From a virus (lineage: Duplodnaviria; Caudoviricetes), in the IMG/VR virus record IMGVR_UViG_3300036770_002726, positions 541-64,540 of that record: a stretch of 64,000 nucleotides of DNA. One strand, written 5' to 3'. A model generated the notes under the pieces. It was not told the origin of the DNA, did no database searches, and worked only from the letters and a program-made list of their open reading frames with translations. The position numbers were made by a program, and so were the translations under genes. This document shows positions 8,905-18,305 of this stretch, in pieces. Within the stretch, counting starts at the first letter, position 1. Each line of letters begins with the position of its first letter.

Positions 8905-9983
8905 ACAAACTAGATAAAGATTACCAAGCACTCCTACAAGACATACTTGATAATGGAGTAACAAAAGAAACAAGAAATGGAGGAACTATCTCAGTATTCG
9001 GTAGACAAATTCGTCATCGAATGAGTGATGGATTTCCATTATTAACTACCAAAAAAATGTATTTTAAAGGTATTGTAACCGAACTCCTTTGGTTTTTAAG
9101 GGGTGATACAAATATCAAATACCTTGTTGATAATGGCTGTCATATTTGGGATGGGGATGCGTTTAAATCATTTAAAAGTAAACAATACCCTCATTCATCT
9201 GGATTGAATGAGTTTGAAATGGAAGACTTTATCATTGCTATAAAAAATGGACATTATAAAGAGTATAATCTCGGTGAATTAGGTCCCATCTATGGTAAGC
9301 AATGGAGAAGTTGGAATAAAAAGAAAATGTATCTATCGACAGATGGTTCATACGAAAACATTTATGATGAGGCTGACCAAACAGTTATAGACCAAATCGC
9401 AAACCTAATCAACGACCTTAAAACAAATCCTGATTCAAGACGTAATAAAGTTTCAGCTTGGAATGTTGGAGAACTTGAAGAAATGACACTTCCACCATGT
9501 CATACAGATTTTCAAGTTTATACAAGAGAGTTGAGTTTGGAAGAGAGGAGAAAATTAGCAAATCACGATTCAGAATTTATTTCACCAATCACAGTAGAAT
9601 CTTGGGATAGAGCTAATATCCCAATACGAGCAATCTCTTTAATGTGGAACCAACGTTCAGTAGATACACCACTTGGATTACCATTCAACATAGCCTCTTA
9701 CGGACTACTATTAACAATAATTGGTAAGATGGTTAATATGGTTCCAGATGAACTTATATGGAATTTGGGAGATACACATATCTACTTAAATCAAGTTGAT
9801 GGTGTTAAAGAACAATTAACAAGAGAACCATATCCCCTACCAACATTAAAGATTAATTCAGGTAATGAGAATTGGCATTTGTTAGAGTTAGATGAAGTAT
9901 TGAATACATTAGACCCAGACATTACATTCAAGGTTGAAAACTATCAATCACACCCTAAAATATATTTTCCATTGTCAAATTAA
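8901..9983 (+). CDS. thyA: Thymidylate synthase with extra insertions
   Basis: FPLLTTKK, ELLWFLRG, GPIYGKQWR, DSRR, LPPCH (catalytic Cys), QRSVD..GLPFNIASY and GDTHIY motifs. Confidence 0.97.
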   Translation: MNKLDKDYQALLQDILDNGVTKETRNGGTISVFGRQIRHRMSDGFPLLTTKKMYFKGIVTELLWFLRGDTNIKYLVDNGCHIWDGDAFKSFKSKQYPHSSGLNEFEMEDFIIAIKNGHYKEYNLGELGPIYGKQWRSWNKKKMYLSTDGSYENIYDEADQTVIDQIANLINDLKTNPDSRRNKVSAWNVGELEEMTLPPCHTDFQVYTRELSLEERRKLANHDSEFISPITVESWDRANIPIRAISLMWNQRSVDTPLGLPFNIASYGLLLTIIGKMVNMVPDELIWNLGDTHIYLNQVDGVKEQLTREPYPLPTLKINSGNENWHLLELDEVLNTLDPDITFKVENYQSHPKIYFPLSN

Positions 9984-10009
9984 TCAATATTTATTTGATA
10001 AAAATCACA

Positions 10010-10429
10010 ATGAGAAATATTATAAAAAAAATATTGAGAGAAGAATCTGAACTAAACGAATTAAAACGTTTAGTTAATTCATATCAACCAAATAATGTAC
10101 AATTAGCTTTAATAATGTCAGAAGGATTTGGACTTAAAAAAGAAGTTTTAGAACTTATTTTTAATAGAATTTTAAAAGAACTGAAATTAATAGTGGGAAA
10201 AGAACCACGTTTTGGTTTTTTTGGTCTTTTTAATGAAGAAGTTGCTAAATTAATTAGGGATGTTGATAAAATAAAAATTAATAAAATAGCTAATAATTTA
10301 GTTTCTGTTAATGTTTATGGTTCAGTTGTTGGGGATGAATATGTTTTATTTCCATTGTTTGGGGAAATAGAAGAAGAATATAAAAAATTAGTTGGAGAGT
10401 TTATTAATATAATAGTAGACACAAATTAA
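10010..10429 (+). CDS. Leader-bearing hypothetical protein
   Basis: MRNIIKKILREE start; ATATTTAT at 9987-9994. Confidence 0.6.
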   Translation: MRNIIKKILREESELNELKRLVNSYQPNNVQLALIMSEGFGLKKEVLELIFNRILKELKLIVGKEPRFGFFGLFNEEVAKLIRDVDKIKINKIANNLVSVNVYGSVVGDEYVLFPLFGEIEEEYKKLVGEFINIIVDTN

Positions 10430-10560
10430 AATTATGAATACATTTGTAGTTGTCAAAGAATTGGAAAATGGTTATATTATAATGGCACCAGATGGTGAAA
10501 CTGGTTATATAACAGAAGATACTTATCAAAAATTGAAAATTCAAAATAAGATTTAGATTA

Positions 10561-11397
10561 ATGAAATACATTTATGGGATAATAAAGGAATATAAGTTTT
10601 CTTTATTAATGATATACTTTTATATATTCATAGCTCAACTATTGTTTTTAGTTGAGCCTTTTATTCTAGGAAAAGCAATTGATGGATTGTTGAATAAAAA
10701 CTATGTTTGGTTATTTGTATTCTTGATTATAGAATTATTACATAATTTTTTTATGTATAGAAGAATGGTATTTGACACCAAGATATATACCAAAATTTAT
10801 AATGATTTAATTTTTAAATTCTTAAAGAATAATAAAGATGCTGACACCTCAGTTAAAGTTGCAAGAACCGATTTATCCAACTATGTTATAAATTTCTTGG
10901 AACATGGACTTTATTATTTCTTATGGTCATTTATGAGTTTATTTGGTAGTTTATTTTTTATATTCTATCAGAGTTGGATTACAGGTTTAATTGCAATGTG
11001 TTGTATCTTACCAATCATAATAATTGTTTATATTTTTTATAGTAAGATTGACCAGGTTACAAAAGTTGAACATACCCACTACGAACAAAAAACTCGTGCA
11101 ATGGAATCAAATGACGATGAAGTAATTGAGACATTTTATAAACGTAGAGCAAGAGTAATAATATTACAATCAACATTACAAGGTAGAAATTGGGCATCAT
11201 TGAATATAACCAAAAGTATATTCTTGGTGGGATCTTTAATAATATTTACAAACTTCAATTTCCAAATGACTCAAGGTCAGGCAATATCAATGTATGCTTA
11301 TATCAGCCAATTCTTAAATTCATTGATGTCATTTCCTATTGGTATGGAAGTATTCTCAAGAATGAAAGATATTATTAAAAGAGTAAAAACAGAATGA
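10561..11397 (+). CDS. ABC-transporter six-TM-domain-like membrane protein (no ATPase domain)
   Basis: About six hydrophobic helices; PFILGKAIDGLL as in ABC exporter TMDs. Confidence 0.65.
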   Translation: MKYIYGIIKEYKFSLLMIYFYIFIAQLLFLVEPFILGKAIDGLLNKNYVWLFVFLIIELLHNFFMYRRMVFDTKIYTKIYNDLIFKFLKNNKDADTSVKVARTDLSNYVINFLEHGLYYFLWSFMSLFGSLFFIFYQSWITGLIAMCCILPIIIIVYIFYSKIDQVTKVEHTHYEQKTRAMESNDDEVIETFYKRRARVIILQSTLQGRNWASLNITKSIFLVGSLIIFTNFNFQMTQGQAISMYAYISQFLNSLMSFPIGMEVFSRMKDIIKRVKTE

Positions 11398-11630
11398 AAA
11401 CCTACATTCACGTTAATCAACATCACATCCGTTCAAATAAAACAAAAGGAACGGATTTACCTGTTATAACAATCAAACAAGGTAAAAAGAACACCTATTG
11501 TAATGAGGTTGAAATATTGGGACCTAGTAAGATTATATATGGTGGTGAGGGATGTGATGCAAAACCAATCTTATCTTGTGGTGCAAGGGTGGTTATTGTA
11601 ACTGAAGCTGAGATTAATATTATTAAATGA
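11394..11630 (+). CDS. Conserved phage hypothetical protein
   Basis: IHVNQH.I..N...LSCGARV.I.T motif. Confidence 0.6.
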   Translation: MKTYIHVNQHHIRSNKTKGTDLPVITIKQGKKNTYCNEVEILGPSKIIYGGEGCDAKPILSCGARVVIVTEAEINIIK

Positions 11631-11695
11631 GATTTGACAATCCAAGTTTGATTTTCTATATTATCTTAACTTAACAATTTAAAATTTACAAGACA

Positions 11696-11956
11696 ATGAT
11701 AGTTTATGAATACACAATGAAGGGTAATGATAAACCCATCCATTATTTAACTCCATTTGAAAATATGGCCGAAACTGATTGTGATGATTGGATAATAATA
11801 TGGGAAGCTGAAGTTGCCCCTATTGAATTCCAAAATGATGAATCAAAGGAAAAAACAAAAGAATGTAAAGATGCTGGATATTCTTATTGTCAAGGTATTG
11901 GGTGGGTTAAACTTATTAATGAAATAAAAAAAGTTAATTTAAAGAAGGGACTATGA
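11696..11956 (+). CDS. Hypothetical protein
   Basis: ORF in operon context. Confidence 0.5.
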   Translation: MIVYEYTMKGNDKPIHYLTPFENMAETDCDDWIIIWEAEVAPIEFQNDESKEKTKECKDAGYSYCQGIGWVKLINEIKKVNLKKGL

Positions 11957-12171
11957 TGACACTTTTAAAACTCACAATCAATGATGAACCGATTTATATA
12001 AATCCAGGAATGATATTGTCATTAAGTCCAAGAGAAAATGGAACTGAAATAACAACGATGAATCCTAATGAATTCTATCACGTTGACCAAAATATTGAAA
12101 CAATAATTCAACATTTAAAAGCATATTCAATAACTAAACAAATAATTAATATTACAGATGGGAAAGGCTAA
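11953..12171 (+). CDS. Hypothetical protein (FlbD-like small beta protein)
   Basis: LT.N..PIYINP..I pattern. Confidence 0.45.
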   Translation: MMTLLKLTINDEPIYINPGMILSLSPRENGTEITTMNPNEFYHVDQNIETIIQHLKAYSITKQIINITDGKG

Positions 12172-12418
12172 AAAAGAACACAGGAAAAAAGTCGCAAAAA
12201 GAAATGAAAAAATTGCTGCAGAAAAGAAAAAATTCCAAAAACAATACACACAATTGTTGGAACAAAAATTAAAAGAATATCAAGCAAAATTAACTGAAAA
12301 CGAACAATTGGAAAACGAATTGAAAGTTACCCTAGGTGGACAAGAACTTGGATTTTCAGTTGTTGACCCAAGTGAATTGGAAACCAATACTGAACCTGAA
12401 TCACAAAATGAAAATTGA
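12158..12418 (+). CDS. Basic coiled-coil hypothetical protein
   Basis: Lys-rich N-terminus. Confidence 0.55.
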   Translation: MGKAKKEHRKKVAKRNEKIAAEKKKFQKQYTQLLEQKLKEYQAKLTENEQLENELKVTLGGQELGFSVVDPSELETNTEPESQNEN

Positions 12419-12581
12419 ATTTGATAATTGTCCAAAATGTGGGTCTGAAATAAAACGAGAGGACAATTCTCTTCACGTATGGGAAATGGAGTATCAATGT
12501 GGACTTACAATGGTGGGTGCTATTGATACTCAAACCCACGGAGATGAAATTGAAATAATTTCTGAGTGTTCTAAAAATTAA
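12408..12581 (+). CDS. Small Zn-ribbon protein
   Basis: CPKCG...YQCG. Confidence 0.5.
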   Translation: MKIEFDNCPKCGSEIKREDNSLHVWEMEYQCGLTMVGAIDTQTHGDEIEIISECSKN

Positions 12582-12586
12582 AACAA

Positions 12587-12850
12587 ATGGTAAATAGAAA
12601 ACTGAACGCCTTTTTTGCCTATGTGTTGTTAGCAGTAGTGTTTTCTTCTTGTGATGTAGAAACTAAATTCCCTAATAGCCAATCAAAATTTGTAGTAAAA
12701 AGAATTCAAACTAACAAAACAAAAGGAACTAGTCTTTACTTAGTCGAGCCTATTGATAAAATGGATTTGAATATGAAAGGAACTTGGTTTGTGGATAGCG
12801 TTGGTAGGTTCAATGCTGGCGATACGCTGTCTTTTCAACATTACCGCTAA
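12587..12850 (+). CDS. Putative lipoprotein in a cassette-like unit
   Basis: Hydrophobic signal + FSSC lipobox; GTTAGCAGTAGTG (12628) / CATTACCGCTAAC (12839) inverted repeat. Confidence 0.6.
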   Translation: MVNRKLNAFFAYVLLAVVFSSCDVETKFPNSQSKFVVKRIQTNKTKGTSLYLVEPIDKMDLNMKGTWFVDSVGRFNAGDTLSFQHYR

Positions 12851-12884
12851 CTAGAATATATACACACCTCAATACAACTCACCC
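12848..12884 (+). repeat. 37-bp direct repeat TAACTARAATATATACACACCTCAAWACAACTCACCC, copy 1
   Basis: 35/37 identical to 13430-13466; first 16 nt also at 4480-4495. Confidence 0.9.
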
Positions 12885-12898
12885 GCAAAAAATATAAT

Positions 12899-13093
12899 AT
12901 GAAAAAAGATAATGTTTATTTTGAAAAACAAGAAAAGAAAAATTCATTATTAAATAATGAGTTTAAATTTAGACATATAAATAATATGCTTGGTGAAGAT
13001 GATTTCTTAAAGACCTATTTTTCTTTTCAGATAAAATTGAAAAAAGAATTATATGCTGATTATAAAAGAAATTCAAAATCAAAAATAAATTAA
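12899..13093 (+). CDS. Hypothetical protein
   Basis: ORF only. Confidence 0.4.
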   Translation: MKKDNVYFEKQEKKNSLLNNEFKFRHINNMLGEDDFLKTYFSFQIKLKKELYADYKRNSKSKIN

Positions 13094-13139
13094 TTATAAT
13101 GGTTGCAAATAAACACAGTATTAAATTAATTTTAAAAAT

Positions 13140-13367
13140 ATGAAAACAGTAGAATTTAGACAAGAAGATTTAGTTAATGTGAATGAATTAACTGAACAAA
13201 GAAACGACAAAATTGAACATTTAGTTGAAGTTTTAAAAGTAAATGATAGTATAACAGAAAAGAAATCTTCTGAATTGCTACAAGATATTTTTAAAATTAA
13301 TTCACAACTTAAATTAGAAGAAGATAAACTAATTGTTAAAACACTAACTGACAACGGAGCAATGTAA
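13140..13367 (+). CDS. Hypothetical protein enclosed by 18-bp inverted arms
   Basis: Arms 13106-13123 and 13365-13382 are 17/18 complementary. Confidence 0.55.
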   Translation: MKTVEFRQEDLVNVNELTEQRNDKIEHLVEVLKVNDSITEKKSSELLQDIFKINSQLKLEEDKLIVKTLTDNGAM

Positions 13368-13429
13368 TATTGTGTTTATTTGTTGTTATGTTTAACGAAG
13401 TGTAGTTGTGAGGAACGAACAATTAAACA

Positions 13430-13466
13430 TAACTAAAATATATACACACCTCAAAACAACTCACCC
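13430..13466 (+). repeat. 37-bp direct repeat, copy 2
   Basis: See 12848; preceded by the perfect inverted repeat GTTATGTTTAA/TTAAACATAAC. Confidence 0.9.
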
Positions 13467-13490
13467 CCAAAATCAATTAAAAAATTCACA

Positions 13491-15860
13491 ATGGATTTAT
13501 TCAATCCACCAATAGAATACAATTACAATTATATGATTAAAGATATAGATTTTACCAAGTTTGATAATCCATACATCCAGGTAATATGGGAAGATTATGC
13601 TGAAAACTTTACACAAGAAAAAATAAAGAGCATCAAACATTACTTCCAAAAAAAATACAATTCAACCAATGTTAATGTAATTACCAAAACAAAAATATCA
13701 GAAACAACCAATCACTCGGTTGATGTTTCCTTTAATATCTTGGATAAAAATTATCAATATGAATTGGTAAAATCATATCTCGATTCCAAAAATCAAAATC
13801 AATTATCGGATGAAATCTTTAATCTAGATAGAATTGTTGATAATAGATTATTGACAGATGAAGATATTACCCCATTCAAAAAATGGTATATCAAAAATAT
13901 TGAATTCTCCAATTTCTTATCTTATGGACAAAATCAAAAAATAGATTTTGAAAAATGTAATGGAATATCGGTTGTTGAATCAGACCCACCAAATTTTGGT
14001 GGAAAGACAGTTTTAACCGTTGACCTATTGTTATTCCTATTCTTCAATGAAACCACCAAGACAACAAAAGCTGAAGAAATCTTTAATAGATTCTCAACTC
14101 AAGATAAAGTCCACGTAAAAGGTGAAATTATCATTGATGGGGATGAATATGTTATCATTAGAAACATTGAAAGAAAGAAGAAGAAAGATGATACCTGGAA
14201 TGTAAAAACCGAATTGGATTTTTATAAGAAATTATCCGATGGGTCATTACAAAACTTCACTGGTGAACAAAGGAGAGAAACAGAGAATTTCATCAAAACA
14301 TCAATTGGAACAAAAGATGATTTCTTGATGACAATCTTAACAACAGCAACAAATCTTGAAGATTTGATTGACTCCAAACCAACAGCAAGAGGTCAAGTAT
14401 TATCAAAATTTATGGGGTTGGACTTTCTCAAAAAGAAAGAAGAACTTGCAAAAGAAATATATTCTGACTTCTCAAAATCAATGTTGTCAAATGTATATTC
14501 TAGTGAGAAATTGAAATCAGATAATGATGGTTATAATTCAAGAATCCAAGAATTAACCACAGATAATATAACCCAACAAAACAATCTTATTGATGTTCAA
14601 AACAGAATAATCAAAGGACAAGAATATAGAGATGGATTATTAAAATCCAAACACACGGATATTGATGTTGAAATCTCAAATATTGTTCCTGAACGTGTTG
14701 AAAGTGAAATCATCGGAATAAAAACCCAAAAACAAAGTGTTGAAAGACAATTAAAAGAACTTAAAGTAGTTGAACCTACAGAGTTTTACTCGGAACAAGA
14801 ACACGATTGGATAAAAGATGAACACAAACTATACTACAAAAAGATTGTTCAAGTTGAACAAACAATCAATTCGATTGAAGAACTAAAGTCTTCAGTTGAT
14901 GGGGGAATTAAATGTGAACATTGTGGAATTGAATTAATAACCGCATCAATAACTCAAAACAAGATAGCAGAACTTGACTATTATAATAGTCAAAAAGTCG
15001 AATTTGAGGGGTTAATGTCTAATATAATAGACAGAGAAGCTAAGTATGTTCTATTGAAAAAAGAATTTGATGAGTATGAGAAAAACAAACTTATCAAAGA
15101 AAAATATGAGCTTACAATTGAGGGTTATGAGATGAAAATCAAAGGGTTGGAAGATAAGTTGGAAAAATTCAATTTGTTACAGGATAAAATATCCACCAAT
15201 AACAAAATTGAAACCCAACTTATCAAAGCCAATCTGAGAATTGATGAATTGGATAGGGAAAAAGTATCTGTACAAAGAATCATTGATTCTAACAATTATC
15301 AAATTGAAAGTCTGAAAGATAAGATTAAAGATAATCTTCAAAAGATTGAAAAAATTAAGGAAGAATCTGAAAAAGAAAAAATATATAAGTTATATTTGGA
15401 AATCTTTGGAAAGAATGGAATATCTAAGACAATAATGAAAACAATGATTCCAATGTTGAATTCTGAGTTACAGAGGTTGTTGGAAGATAGTTGTCATTTT
15501 AGATTGGAGATTAATATTAATGATAAGAATGAGGTTGAATTTTTAATGATTGATAATAATACCCAAGTTGAGAAACTTATGTCATCAGGATCGGGTTATG
15601 AGAGAACCATAGCATCATTAGCATTGAGAGCGGTGTTGAGTAAGATTAGTTCATTACCAAAACCTAATATCATAGTGTTTGACGAGGTGTTTGGAAAGAT
15701 ATCAAATGAGAATTTGGATATGGTTGGTGAATTTTTTATTAAAATCAAGAACTATTTTGAAAAGATATTCGTTATTACCCATAATCCACTTGTAAGTAAT
15801 TGGGCGGACAATGTGGTTAAAATATCTAAAGAAAACAATATTAGTAACGTAAAACAATAA
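13491..15860 (+). CDS. SbcC/Rad50-like SMC ATPase (recombination nuclease subunit)
   Basis: NFLSYG, Walker A NFGGKT, coiled coil with CEHC zinc hook, SGSGYE signature, Walker B IVFDEVFG, ITHN H-loop. Confidence 0.92.
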   Translation: MDLFNPPIEYNYNYMIKDIDFTKFDNPYIQVIWEDYAENFTQEKIKSIKHYFQKKYNSTNVNVITKTKISETTNHSVDVSFNILDKNYQYELVKSYLDSKNQNQLSDEIFNLDRIVDNRLLTDEDITPFKKWYIKNIEFSNFLSYGQNQKIDFEKCNGISVVESDPPNFGGKTVLTVDLLLFLFFNETTKTTKAEEIFNRFSTQDKVHVKGEIIIDGDEYVIIRNIERKKKKDDTWNVKTELDFYKKLSDGSLQNFTGEQRRETENFIKTSIGTKDDFLMTILTTATNLEDLIDSKPTARGQVLSKFMGLDFLKKKEELAKEIYSDFSKSMLSNVYSSEKLKSDNDGYNSRIQELTTDNITQQNNLIDVQNRIIKGQEYRDGLLKSKHTDIDVEISNIVPERVESEIIGIKTQKQSVERQLKELKVVEPTEFYSEQEHDWIKDEHKLYYKKIVQVEQTINSIEELKSSVDGGIKCEHCGIELITASITQNKIAELDYYNSQKVEFEGLMSNIIDREAKYVLLKKEFDEYEKNKLIKEKYELTIEGYEMKIKGLEDKLEKFNLLQDKISTNNKIETQLIKANLRIDELDREKVSVQRIIDSNNYQIESLKDKIKDNLQKIEKIKEESEKEKIYKLYLEIFGKNGISKTIMKTMIPMLNSELQRLLEDSCHFRLEININDKNEVEFLMIDNNTQVEKLMSSGSGYERTIASLALRAVLSKISSLPKPNIIVFDEVFGKISNENLDMVGEFFIKIKNYFEKIFVITHNPLVSNWADNVVKISKENNISNVKQ

Positions 15861-15867
15861 AAAAATT

Positions 15868-18303
15868 ATGAGAAATTTAACAGGTCAAACCATAACACAA
15901 CTAACATTATCAAAAGATGAAATGGATGTTAATAGTAGTTACAGACAATTCATTTCAACAAAAATACCTGATATGGTATTTACATCACCATTCAAATGTG
16001 ATGGTTATGGTGTTTCACAAAAATACGGTATTAAATTATTGTGTGAATTCAAAAAAGATGTTGATTTAAGAGATAAATCTAATCAAGTTGATGTATTAAT
16101 ACAAGCAATCTATTATGTTAAAAAATTTGAACTTAATGGATTGATGTTACCAAATGTTTTACTATTGGCAGATAAAAACGAGTGGTTTTTAATCCATACA
16201 AATACAATATTTGAATACCTTTCTTTGGATATTAATTGGGAACTTGCGGCATCTTCAGCTTATAAACAAGTTGAGTTACACAATATGTTAATGCAAAATG
16301 ATAAAATAGCTCCTTTTATTTATTCTATTGACCAAATAGATTCAGTTGTTGAAAAAATAAAAGATTTAGCTAAAAATGTAACAAGATTAATACCAATAAC
16401 ACCATATAATATAACTGGGGTATTCAATTATTTCGAACAAAATGTATTAGGCAAACATATCTTGAATACAAATCAATTGGCTAATTTATTCGTACAATTG
16501 TTAATTAATCCTGATGAAAATTACTTACATCCTGTTGTTAAAAGAAAAACAATAGTTACTAAATCTTTTAACGAAATTAGTGTTAAATCTAAGGAAGCTT
16601 TTACATCTTTTTTTAGTCACTTTTCTCATAATTATACACCAACACAAAAAGAGGAATTAACTGCAGTTGTTGATAGATTAATTCAAGACATTACTAGAAG
16701 AAAACAAGGTGAGTTTTTTACACCTGAGTCTTGGGTAAAAAAAGCATATGAATACATTGCATCGGTATTTGGTGAGGATTGGAAAGAAAAGTATGTTGTT
16801 TGGGATCCAGCTTGGGGTACAGGTAATTTAACTAGGGGAATTAAATTTAAAGAACTATATGTCTCAACTTTAAATTACTCAGATATACAAACTGCTGAAC
16901 AAATGGGTTACAATCCTGAAGCTGTCAAGTTTCAATTTGATTTTTTGAATGATGAATATGATTTGTTACCGAAAGGTTTGAAAGATGCTATTGAAAGTGG
17001 AAAGAAAATTATTATTTTGATAAATCCACCATATGCTAGTTCAGCCAATTTTGGTGAAACTGATAAAAAAGACACATCTAAAACTAAACAAAATGAATTA
17101 ATGTTACTTGAAGGGTGGGGTAAGTCTGCTCAAAATTTATATGCACAATTCATTTTTGGTATTTGTAAATTGAAAGAAATAAACAATAACATAAATCTTT
17201 GTTTATTTTCACCTTCTCTTTTTTTAACTGGAACTTCTTTTAAAGAGTTTAGAAATAAATTTTTTAATTATTTTAATTACGAAAAAGGTTTTTTATTTAA
17301 AGCAAGTCATTTTTCTGATGTTGCTAGTGATTGGGGGATTAATTTCTTATGTTTTAGTAGTCAAAAAAATTACAACGAAATACTTTTAGATTTATTAGAT
17401 AGTAATGACGATTTTCAAATTGAAAAATTTGGTACAAAAGAATTGTATAATTTAGATAACCATAAACCTGCTTCATCTTGGGTAAGAGAGGAAATAAAAA
17501 AATTAAAAACCAATTCTGAACTACCACAAATGAAAAATAGTACTGAAGTTTATAGTGGTGAAAAACCAAATGGTTCGTATTTAGATAACTCATTGGGTTA
17601 TTTTTTGAATGGTGCTAATTGTATTGATAAAAACTCACAACAAGTAGCACTTTGGGGTGTCGGATTTTACAATGGGCATGGTTTATCTATATTACATAAT
17701 AATTTCAATAAATGTTGTAATTTGTTTACCGCCAGAAAAATTATTAATAAAACTTGGATAAACTCAAAAGATGAATATCTTTCACCTAACGAAGAACATC
17801 CAAAATATAATCAATTTAGTTACGATAGTATAGTTGTATCATTATTTCATATCCATTCCTACCAATCTAGTTTAAGACAGGTAATATACAAAGAAAAGTT
17901 ATGGGATATTAAGAATGAATTCTTTTGGATGTCAAAACAAAGAATGTTAAATTTAGCAAATGACAATCACTACACAGAGTTATACAATGATGCAAGAACT
18001 AGTAACAATAGATATGTTTATGAATTACTATTCGGTGAACAAGACATTTACAACAAACTTAGTCCTGATGCAAAACTTGTATTAGATAAAGCAATTGAAT
18101 TAGTTGAAAAATCTATGAAACAAAGACATCTTATGGCTGATGATACTAACCATTTGAATAGTTGGGATGCTGGATATGCACAACTTAAATTAGTTTGGAA
18201 AGAATATTTCCCAGATGAATTCAAAGAGTTTAGACAATTATACAAAAACTTGGAAGATAGAATGAGACCACTTGTTTATGAACTTGGATTTTTATTGAAA
18301 TAA
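15868..18303 (+). CDS. Type IIG-like restriction-modification fusion (putative nuclease + N6-adenine methyltransferase + TRD)
   Basis: N-terminal DG...EFK (PD-(D/E)xK-like); GEFFTP, WDPAWGTGNL (motif I), NPPY (motif IV); long C-terminal region. Confidence 0.75.
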   Translation: MRNLTGQTITQLTLSKDEMDVNSSYRQFISTKIPDMVFTSPFKCDGYGVSQKYGIKLLCEFKKDVDLRDKSNQVDVLIQAIYYVKKFELNGLMLPNVLLLADKNEWFLIHTNTIFEYLSLDINWELAASSAYKQVELHNMLMQNDKIAPFIYSIDQIDSVVEKIKDLAKNVTRLIPITPYNITGVFNYFEQNVLGKHILNTNQLANLFVQLLINPDENYLHPVVKRKTIVTKSFNEISVKSKEAFTSFFSHFSHNYTPTQKEELTAVVDRLIQDITRRKQGEFFTPESWVKKAYEYIASVFGEDWKEKYVVWDPAWGTGNLTRGIKFKELYVSTLNYSDIQTAEQMGYNPEAVKFQFDFLNDEYDLLPKGLKDAIESGKKIIILINPPYASSANFGETDKKDTSKTKQNELMLLEGWGKSAQNLYAQFIFGICKLKEINNNINLCLFSPSLFLTGTSFKEFRNKFFNYFNYEKGFLFKASHFSDVASDWGINFLCFSSQKNYNEILLDLLDSNDDFQIEKFGTKELYNLDNHKPASSWVREEIKKLKTNSELPQMKNSTEVYSGEKPNGSYLDNSLGYFLNGANCIDKNSQQVALWGVGFYNGHGLSILHNNFNKCCNLFTARKIINKTWINSKDEYLSPNEEHPKYNQFSYDSIVVSLFHIHSYQSSLRQVIYKEKLWDIKNEFFWMSKQRMLNLANDNHYTELYNDARTSNNRYVYELLFGEQDIYNKLSPDAKLVLDKAIELVEKSMKQRHLMADDTNHLNSWDAGYAQLKLVWKEYFPDEFKEFRQLYKNLEDRMRPLVYELGFLLK

Positions 18304-18305
18304 AT

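Noticed and set aside
9150-9640. Intein or group I intron in thyA
   Set aside because: Frame is uninterrupted; the inserts are only tens of residues and lack C/S...HN splicing motifs
5749-9983. Diversity-generating retroelement
   Set aside because: No reverse transcriptase in the window; variable segments differ in length and at all bases, not only at adenines
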